Source: Takakia lepidozioides
Lineage: Eukaryota; Plantae; Bryophyta
Direction: 5' to 3'
DNA: 64,000 nucleotides
Assembly: GCA_030704615.1 (NCBI GenBank)
Contig: CM060733.1
Location: forward strand, 42,284,001 to 42,348,000
Shown: positions 53,627-62,760 of the stretch, in pieces
Numbering within the stretch: the first letter of the stretch is position 1
Layout of the letters: each line of letters opens with the position of its first letter
Program-made: the position numbers and the translations under genes
The notes under the pieces: generated by a model
Databases searched by the model: none
Seen by the model: only the letters and a program-made list of their open reading frames with translations
Told to the model about the DNA's origin: nothing

Positions 53627-54830
53627 TGGCGGTCGTGATTTTGATGTCATCAAACATGGAACCATAGTTCCGTAACCAGGACCGGAGGCTCTTTTCGGAG
53701 CCTACCCAGATGCCAAAGCCGTTGTCGATATAGCGCTTAAGATAAAGCAACTCTCGCTCCGATGGGCACACGTACTCCATGTACATCTCCAATCGACAAA
53801 GGAACAAACAAGCATAAACAACTGCAAAGTTGCTCCCCATCGCCGTCCCGCGAATTTGGTGCCAAAAACTATCATTGAACTCAAGGTAATGGTGTCTCAA
53901 GACTAATCCAGCGAGGGTCAGGATCAAGTCTTCTTTGTGTTTGGTGAAATTACCTCCAATAGCACATTCAAGCTCATACAAGCCAAGCTCGGTGATGATG
54001 CTGGGATACAGAGATTCCACGTCAAACGTAAAAAGAAGAGCATGCGAGGGGACCTCGAGTTGGGAAACCTCTCGAAAAAGCGTGAGAGAATCAACCAAAT
54101 GAGTGGGTTCCTTGAGAAGTACTGGAAGGAGTTGGTGATGGAGCCAAATTGAAGCATGCTCGAAGATGTAATTGTTGTAGGAACAAATGGGTCTTCCAGC
54201 AAGCACGGGTTTGTGTGGAATGAAGTATAAATCACAAGCTTGAAAGTCCATGGATGACCGAGGGCGTTGGCGGATGTAATTCCATTCTTTGGTGGAGATC
54301 GCAAACCTGTAGATTGGATGACAAGATAGCACTTCCAACCTCGACCAAAGTTCTTCCCACGATACGGAATCCACGGGACGATAAACTTCGGTGTCTGAGA
54401 GTTGCCGCATCGCCTCTTGCATGTACCAAGACTTGTCCATAAGCACAAGACCAAGATTTTTGTCGGCCGGCTTGATAACAAGGTCCGGATCCGACCTCAA
54501 TCTTTTGAGAGCAAGTCTCAAGTGTCTCGGCAGACAAGGTCGTGCATTCCGGGCGATTTGATCCAAACGGCTAGACAAAAGATCATTACCTTCTCGAATG
54601 ATGGCCTCGAGCGGTTGAGATTCCACTGGCGGATTGAATGATGGATTCGGAACGCGCCAAAGAGGAACCTCCTCGTTGTCTTTGCCGGAGAAGAACGTTT
54701 GCAACCTCAAGCTTCGAGCAAAATTGTTGAATTCGGTGATGATTGAAGATCGGGAAGGGGGAAGAGGACCAAGAATGTAATTGAGACCAAGGCCTAGGAG
54801 TTGTCGCTCCGTAAAGGAGAGAACCCTCTT
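53627..54830 (-). CDS. PLE reverse transcriptase, N-terminal and core part (inverted segment, 5'-truncated)
   Basis: Open frame from KRVLSFTERQLLGLGLNY through RT motifs to YIDNGFGIW...KITTA. Confidence 0.85.
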
Positions 54831-55492
54831 GCTATATCGACGACGACTTTGGCATCTGGGTAGGCTCCGAAAAAAGCCTCCAGTCCTGGTTACGGAACTA
54901 CGGTTCCATGTTTGATGGCATCAAAATCACGACCGCCATAAGCCCGACGTCCGCCGACATCTTGGATATCACATTCTTCAAAGGAGACGATTTCATCCAA
55001 ACTCGACGGCTCTCTATTAGATGTCATCAAAAAGCCCAGAACAAGTATCAATACTTGCCTTGGTCCTCGTGGCATCCACATCACCAAAAGAAAGATTTCG
55101 TCATCGACGAGCTCCAACGGTACGTAATACGAGAAAGCACCATCCAAGGGTTCAACCATTTGCGACTTTTGTTTTACAAACGTCTTCAAGCCCGAGGTTA
55201 TCCGGCGGCGTTCATCCGGAGTTGTTTTACCAAGATCTCCTACGACCTCAGATCCGTTCTACTCGACCAACAGACGCAACGCGTAGTTGAGGGTAAACGG
55301 GCCCCCCTTGTTCTTAAGCTCGACTACTCTTCGTACACTCGAGCTTTAAACTTGGGGGCCACCCTAAACCCTAGACTCTACGAGTTGCTTCAGCAAGTCC
55401 TGGAGCTTCGGTTTCTTCCTCGAGCAATGATTTGTTGGAGGAATCCGCGAAAGCTGAGTTCATTCTTAGTTAAATCTAGAATGATAGGATGA
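54831..55492 (+). CDS. PLE reverse transcriptase, C-terminal part (YIDD to thumb)
   Basis: YIDDDFGIWVGSEK...DILDITFF...KYQYLPWSSWHPHHQKK...NPRKLSSFLVKSRMIG followed by a stop. Confidence 0.85.
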
Positions 55493-55664
55493 TTTTGTAG
55501 TGCAAATGTCCCTAGCATTATTAATTTTGCCTCTTTGATAGCCTTAGTATTGATGTTAAAGTCAAAGGGTTCCAACAATTAATTTGGACCATTGACTAAT
55601 TAATGCAGTCTTGACTTGGAGGCTAAATTAGTGCTTTAGTGGCATTATTATTGCCTTGGGAATT

Positions 55665-55710
55665 ATCCCATATCGTTTGCACATAGTGAAGGTGCTTTTC
55701 TAGTATATAA
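55665..55710 (+). promoter_or_regulatory. Putative plant snRNA-type promoter (USE plus TATA)
   Basis: ATCCCATATCG (10/11 match to RTCCCACATCG) at 55665-55675 and TATATAA at 55704-55710, 28 bp apart. Confidence 0.45.
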
Positions 55711-55742
55711 GGATAGGCTTGGCTCTTAGGACTTCATCTCTT

Positions 55743-55798
55743 GGTGTTCCAGTGATGAGCTTGAGCAATCAAGCGAAACTTGTTTGGAATAAAACACC
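55743..55798 (+). ncRNA. Minimal type I hammerhead ribozyme-like motif (C3>G variant)
   Basis: GGTG-TTCCA-GTGATGA-GCTTGA(GCAA)TCAAGC-GAAAC-TT-GTT-TGGAA-TAAAA-CACC. Stems I and II pair and stem III is minimal, as in PLE-associated hammerheads. Confidence 0.6.
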
Positions 55799-56369
55799 TT
55801 AACTCTATTTGTGTCTCCACACTTAGAGAAGTTGAGAGTCTAGTCCTTGCCCGCCCGGGCAACTTGGATCGAAGGTCGAAGGGGTGCTCGGTTCCAAGGG
55901 GAATCCCAACCCTTGGATACTTCCGAGGCTTTTTTTCTTTCCAAAGCATGGGCGTATATAGCCTTCCGTTTTACGAACCTCTTTTTGAAGGTGGGGCATA
56001 TAAGTTTTCCAACTAGGGGTTGAGACTTGACCCTATGTTTGTGAGTGCCTTGAGCGCATGCTTGCCCATAGTGAGCAAGATTTTTGTCGCTAAACAAGGA
56101 GGAGCAAACATAAAAAAGCTTACGGTTGGAGCGAAAGTGCCTCATTCTTCAATTAGAGAACCTTATCTCGTGAGGGCGGGAGTCCTTGCATAAGACATAA
56201 TAGTCTTATAACATCCCTTTAGGCACGATAGGCGCACTTTGTATGCATTTGTCTTGGTTTTCGTTGCATTTGTATTTGGGTCCGAACCGGCCCCCCTTAA
56301 AATTTACTGTCTTTTTCCAGTATTTTTTCTACTTTTTGTTACCTTTGCAAGCCTTTGTTGACCACCTTG

Positions 56370-56389
56370 AACCCTAAACCCTAAACCCT
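56370..56389 (+). repeat. Telomeric repeat (CCCTAAA), about 3 units, at the PLE 3' end
   Basis: AACCCTAAACCCTAAACCCT read directly. Confidence 0.85.
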
Positions 56390-56644
56390 GGGACCTGCAA
56401 TTTGATGGGGTCATAGCCACTCCACTTTTGATTTGGAAATGGTGGGTCTTGGGACAAGCAAAATTGGATAAAGCTAGGTTTTAATTTGGTCAAACCAATT
56501 TTTTTCTCACTTTTTCTTTGGGCCCTGATATTTGAGGTCTGGGCCAATGGTATAATCTCACAATTGCCACGGTGCAAAGCCCCTACCCTCCCAGGTGTGC
56601 TGGGTAGCATTGTCGGTGGCTCCAAAGAAACAATCCATGGATCG

Positions 56645-57727
56645 AAGATTCTCTTTTTACGCTTAGCATCGAAGCGAGCCTTCCTTCGCCGTTGCAACTG
56701 CCTCAATGTGCTGAGCTGCTGCTTGTCGGATTTCATCTAGTCCTTCCAACATCTCGAGTCGTTCCTTTAATGACTCTGATTGTCACCAATCGTTCGGTAA
56801 TGGCCAATCGTAGAGATGGGATTTCTGTCTCGATTGGCATGATGAACTCTAACCCATAAACCAATGAAAAGGGGGTATGTCGAGTAGTTACCTTATGGGT
56901 TGTGTGAAATGCCCACACGGCCGAAATTAACTTGGTGTCCCAATCCCTTTTGTGCTCCCTGATTGTCTTGGAGAGAATGTTGCACAGGGTTTGGTTGGCG
57001 CGCTCCACCTGCCCACTCGTTTGTGGATGATAAAGGGTGGCATTGTGATGCTTGATGGAGAATGCCACCATCATTTCCTCGATGATGTCGTTGATGAAGT
57101 GAGATCCTCTGTCACTCACTATCTCTTTTGGGCATCCGAATCGGGAAATGATATATTTATAAATGAAAGAGGCGGTTACCTTTGCGTTGGCTCTCTTAAC
57201 CGCTTTGGCTTCTGCCCACTTGGTCAGATACTTAGTGGCTATAATGATGTAGCGATTTTGTCGACTCGATGCAGGGTGCACTTCCCCTACATAGTCGATC
57301 CCCCACTTCTCAAACGGAGCAAGGGGGAGAGTGGGACTAACGGCATTCCGAGCCTGTTATTTCGCTTGGCGTACCTTTGACAAGAGTCGCATTTTCGCAC
57401 ATGCATGTGCGCATCTTTGAACATGGAGGGCCAGTAGTATCCTACCCTCAAAGCCTTTTGCACTGTGAGCCGCCCTGCAAAGCGTCCTCCGCACATGCTA
57501 TCATGGGCTGACTCTAAAATCTGGGGAACCTCCTCCGGGGTGATGCATCGGCTCAAGAGTCTATCCAATCCCCTTCTATAAAATTGCCCTCCCACAAGAG
57601 CAAACTTCATGTTGCGCAGTCGAAGCCTTCGTCGCGCATGTCGATCCAATCCCGGGGGAAATTCCAGGGTGCTTAAATAATGAGCTAAGTGTTCATGGAC
57701 TCGGCTCATTTTTGGTATGTCATGCAT
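56645..57727 (-). mobile_element. Ty3/gypsy integrase fragment
   Basis: HDSMCGG...GYYWPSM...CDSCQR, YLTKWAEAKA, IVSDRGSHF, YHPQTSGQVERAN and TPFSLVYG. Confidence 0.92.
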
Positions 57728-59019
57728 AAATGAGCTAGGCCCATTGCTATATGGTTGGAATCTCTGGATGATTTTTGGTAGGTTTCTAGGGGCAATTTAC
57801 TGCAGCTGGGTACCAAAAATTGGTAAAAAGTCAAAAAAAGGGCTTGGGAACTTAAAGGTTAAATAAGGTAGAGGTATTTAATTCAGACCTAAAATCTTTC
57901 ACGATGAGTACAAATTAATTTTGAAAATGTCCACCACCTTGACATAAAAACTTGCGTCGGTTCTAAGTCACCTAACAAAAAACTTCGAAACCTTATGATT
58001 TTTGAATCCACGCATTCTTTGCTGCATTGGAATCCACTTTAATTTGCTAACAAAAATATACAAAAACTTGACCATTCTAATAGTAGTAACTATGCCGAGT
58101 GATTAATATATCACTTATTTTGGTACGATCACCTTACTTTTGACAACAGCAAAAAAATTAGGTTTCACTTCAATCACAAAATCGGAAACTATGCTCAATT
58201 TTCGAACGATTTCCATTGTGGAATACCTCACGGACGAGAGACAGAGCATGATATTGCATATGAGGACTCCTGCCTAAGTCAGCACAGCCGCTCTCCGCCT
58301 TTGACTGGTCCGCTTGCGCTTCCCGAACAACGATCGAAACGAAAGCCACGATCAAGATCCGCATCCTCCTCCTCCATGGCCCTATGCACGGACAGCTAGG
58401 GTTGCAAGAACCCCTATGCAATCGGAGACGGGGAATTGAGCAATAAATGCTTGGAGAGGAAATGTTGGGGTGACAGAAACGAAATACATGAAAATGTGGC
58501 GTGTGATTGCAGTGGAGAATCAAAACAAAAACAAATGAAAAACAGGAGAGGAACGCAAAGATTGCAAGGTGGTATGGAATTGGAAAGAAGAGCACCGACT
58601 AAAAACCTTGAAGCGGAGTTTCCCTTGCAACGCAGAGACAGACACTCTCCAGTCAGCAAGTGGAGGGCCCGTTTCCTGACATGCACGAGGTGGCGGTGCC
58701 CCGTTATGAGATCTGCGATTTGCCGGTTTAGCTGGGCTCTAAGAAAATTGAAGGGCAGCCTGCCCCTGCATGCAGCCCGGCTCCAAAATGTAAAAATCAC
58801 CCAGCTATTTGTGCAACTTTGTAGGTCACTATATATCAATGTCTTACATTAAATTTTTTGACTTGTACATTACTAGTGCATAGTGACACAAGTAAGGTGA
58901 ACTCTAAATAATGGTTTTCATCTTTTACTCCCTTTGTTCCGAAATAAAAAGCACTTTTGATTTCTTCATGTATTTGTACCTCTTCATATATTTGTATTCT
59001 TCACGTATTTGTATTTATT

Positions 59020-59270
59020 CTTTTATTTTATTTTATTTTATTGTTTTTTCTTAAAAAAAGGGGAACACCTGGGGAGCGACAGCTCACAAATCAGGCCCCT
59101 TAACAGTGAGAGGAGAAAATAACCTCTTTCACAGTAACCCGCGCCGCGAGGCATAGGAACGGGACCAGGAACCGGGGAGAAGAGTATGCCACACCCGTCA
59201 GTAGCAAGATTCGACCCCAGAATCGCCTCGGTCGCACTTAGTGCTCTTAGCCAACTGAGCTACCGACTGT
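59020..59270 (-). mobile_element. tRNA-derived SINE
   Basis: Minus strand has A box TAGCTCAGTTGG and B box GGTCGAATC, then ~140 bp of unique body, a T-run and an (AATAA)n tail. Confidence 0.7.
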
Positions 59271-59912
59271 TGGTTTTTAATTTCCGAATGGTAAATCACA
59301 AAAAATCAAAAGTGATCACGGAAATCACTGCAGAGAAGCCGTCGTCAACACACACAAGGAATCTGATACTCAGAGTGCCTGCACATCTTCCAATGATATG
59401 AAAAACTCTGGTCTACAACTCCTAGTAGAAGTCTATCTTAACGCTATTTGGTTCACTTGACTCACCGCCAAGTGTAGCCAAAACACAACTTCAAGAATAT
59501 TCACACCTAATCTCAATTCTCAATGGCACCTGATGCCCAGTGCACTACAACACACAACCGCGCCTTGGTGTTGAACCAATTGACCTGCCGACTCCCCTGG
59601 AAACAAAATTATTCTGGAATATCCTGCAAACTTGTCACACCATCGTATCAGTGTAACACAAAGCTGATGAACTCATTGATTGGTTCATGAAAACATACTT
59701 GTCATTAATTTGTGTCCCTTTTTCACAGGTTCTTGAAGTTGGTCCGTGGTTGAATACAGAAGCAGTCTAACTTAGTAGTATACTTCTGTAGCGTGGAAAG
59801 GTGTGACAGCAACAAGAGAATATATAGAAATGTCACCAAACACAAAAAAATAGAGCCAGTATCCCAATGAACCTTCTCAATACTCCATGAGCCATCACAA
59901 AATTTGTCCCCG

Positions 59913-62191
59913 TCACTCCTTGATAGAACGTAAGAAATCACATAACACGCGGTCAAACAAATCCTCCGCTTCTACCTGTCCAATATAGCCAATTAAACGA
60001 TTATCTTGGCATTCAGATTGGAGTTTAGCTGGCTTCTTTGCAGGATAGGCAACTACCAAGCTGATGCAACCATCTTTGCATGCGGCAAGCACCCTCGTTT
60101 TGGACTCGGAACTATTCTTGTACATCTGTTCCGGATCTGTAGTTGCCACTGCTCTAGCCCACTGCACCTCAGATCGCAGCTTCAGTTGACAGAAGACGGA
60201 ATCTTCAAATTCCCAAGTCTCACAACAAAAAGAACATCAGCTCCAGATCTGTCGTCAAAAATGAGGCATGGCGGACGAGATTTCTCTTCAGCATCAAGAA
60301 ATTTACTTACGGTGTGGATCCTATATGACTCCCTCCACACTCCTTCACCTTCACCGGTAATCGTTGGCTTGTCCCTTGCGAATTTTGGAGGCAGGGTTGC
60401 ATCCTTGAAACAGCACATATCGGCCAACAATTTTGTGCCGTCAAACAGCTTGGCCACATGAACTGTGAAAAGTTTCTCCCATGCCCTACCCATTGCACTG
60501 GGATCATCCTTGCAATCAACCATGTAGTCTTTGAGTGATTTCTCAAATGAATGGTTGTTCGTCAAGTAGTTCATGATGCTATGATGGACTGTCGGTTCGA
60601 CTATAGAGAAAGTGAATTGGGAACCTGTTGAATGGTGTAGCTGTCCAAGGCCACACTCGAGCAAAGTCATATCTCCGTCCGTTGAAACGGTATGTTCTCC
60701 CCTCCCTGCATAGGCAAAGGAGGTTCCTATTCTTTGCACCAAGGAAGCACCATTGAATGATTCTTCTTTCAGGACAAATGTGCCTTTTGCTCCACACAGA
60801 GCGCTCACAGCATAATAAATGGAAGTGCTGTCATTGGTGTCGCTTGTGATCTCCTTGAAATAGTTGTCTACTACGGTTATATCCCATCTTCCTCCAGCCT
60901 TCCTCAGAAGGCGCTCGACACAACTTACCAAACACCTTCGACGGCCTCTGAACTTTTCCAGCAGATACTGGGCATTGTCCTCCATATGATCATCCTCTAG
61001 CTTCAGGTACTCGCTGCAGAATTTCAGAACCTGACGCACATCTGTCCATGAAGAAAATGGAGCAGAAGAAAATTGAACCGGGCCACCACCCCCTTCTTTT
61101 GCAATCAGCGAACCTATGTCCGCTTCCAGCTTCAAAAAGCTGACACCTGTACCAGCAACAAATACTTTCTGCTTTGGCAACGCCGTAGATGGCCCCACTA
61201 GGGCTTTGATCAACGGAGAAAAAATGGACCTTAGCTCTTTCGTCTCGGGGGATTCATAGTCATTTACATTTTTCCTTCCCAACACCTGCGCTTCATCCAG
61301 AACTACAGTGAAAGTGCCAACCTTCCCCTCTAAATCCGTCCACAGTTTTTCTATCCTAGCATTTAGCCCCTCTGAATCTTCCAGGGAAGTAACCACGTTA
61401 AAAAGTTTCCGAGTAAGCACATCATATAGATCGTTACGATCTGCACCAAGGAAAGCACGGAATTGCACCTGGAGCATGAGCCATTGCAGAGGACTCAAAT
61501 CAGGAATTTCTTGGTGACAAAATTCCAAGATTAACAACCTTGAAAGAATGGCACACCTCATACGTTTCATCACATTCCTGTGATTCATTGCCTTATCGAC
61601 CTCTATCTCGTGAGAACTCACAGAGGCGACATCATCTGACCCACCGTTTCCTTTGGTTTTAGCTGTCCAAAAAAAACCCCACTTCTCTGCAAGCAGCTCG
61701 TAAAGAAACCGAGTTTTCCCACTCCCACTCACTCCAACAACTGGCACAACACCAGTCGAGCCATCATTCGCTCGTTCCCACAAATCACCAACATCTTCAG
61801 TCCAACGAGCAGTTAATTTATCCAGTAAAATGCTTGGATAACCACGGTGGTCAAGTGGCACACCGTTCTGTATAGACAAATTGCACCCCATCTTTTTGAA
61901 CGTGTCCAAAAACCCAGAAAATTTCAATTTCCATTCTTGCATAACCACCTTCACTGATTCTGTAAGCAAAACCCACACACTTTCCGTCACTCCTGACAGA
62001 TCCATGTATCAAAAATAAGAGCATCCTATCTTGCAAATAATTGAACAATACAAAAGATACACCAACAAAGCCTATGACCAAAGAAAATGCAAAGAGAAGG
62101 GGAACATGGAAGGGAAGGCCAAGTAACAGAGTAGCTCTACCTGAAAACCCGTTTCCAGAGGTTTTCAATCTCTTCGCAGATCTCTCTCCCC
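59913..62191 (-). pseudogene. Crinkler (CRN)-like P-loop NTPase plus PD-(D/E)xK restriction-endonuclease-fold gene with one frameshift
   Basis: Walker A GVSGSGKT and Walker B FTVVLDEAQ. C-terminus MGRAWEKL...GADVLFVVRLGNLKIP/VFCQLKLR...CISLVVAYP is restored by correcting a 1-bp deletion at ~60197. An in-phase upstream exon (62141-62191) and intron (61993-62140) are present. Confidence 0.75.
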
Positions 62192-62439
62192 CTGCAAATA
62201 TGTCAGATTTTGTCAAATTTCAAAAGATCTGCATTCATCCAAACTCTTACCATGGAATTACTGATGAAACTGCTGTTGTATGGCAGCATCCTGTAACCCT
62301 AAACCAAATCTCTCTCCCACTGCATATATGTCAGACTCCACCCATCACAGAGTATGTCCTGGCCTTGAAAGAGGCCCTCCCACACTTTACACAGTCACTT
62401 CAAGATCTCTCCTCTTGCCCATGGTGACACAAGGAGGGA

Positions 62440-62760
62440 GGTAGAAGGTGCTGTAGATTCTTGGGAGAGCTTCGCCACTTCTGCTGCTAATAGAGTCATG
62501 GAAGGAAACTAATTATCTGTGGTAGAGCAGTAAATTGGTGGACCCATGAGGTCAAGCTCAAGATTGCTGAGAGGCAGGCGCTCTATAAGGACTGCTGTAA
62601 TATCAAAGATGAAAAAATGCTCTGGTCTAGATACTACCAACTGCGTAAAGAGGTCAATCAGCTTGTAAGGGATCAGAAGAGGCTTTACTGGGAGAAGTTG
62701 TACAGTGACATAAACTTAACCCACCATGGTCGTAATGACAAAAGATTATGGTTGGCCTTA
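62440..62760 (+). mobile_element. Short LINE fragment (endonuclease-RT linker)
   Basis: NWWTHEVKLKIAERQALYK...YYQLRKEVNQLVRDQKRLYWE. Confidence 0.6.

Larger units (their letters stand above)
53627..56389 (+). mobile_element. Penelope-like retroelement (PLE) with 5' inversion, no C-terminal endonuclease and a telomeric 3' end
   Basis: PLE RT motifs IKPADKNLG, RPICS, FDVESLYPSI, GTAMGS and YIDD; thumb motifs LDI, YLPWSSWHP and LQARGYP. The ORF stops at 55492 without a GIY-YIG domain. Confidence 0.88.

Noticed and set aside
55752-55758. GTGATGA as a box C of a C/D snoRNA
   Set aside because: No suitably placed box D (CTGA) was found; the stem II plus GAAAC context fits a hammerhead better.
55731-55936. 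Canonical plant telomerase RNA gene
   Set aside because: There is no CCCTAAA-type template between the TATA box and the first T-run; the telomeric tract lies about 430 bp further downstream.
59195-59270. Functional tRNA gene
   Set aside because: Acceptor and anticodon stems pair poorly, and a SINE-like body and tail follow.
60182-62005. NB-ARC/NLR resistance gene or bacterial contamination
   Set aside because: No GLPL/MHD motifs or LRRs. A spliceosomal intron and plant TE flanks indicate genuine nuclear context.
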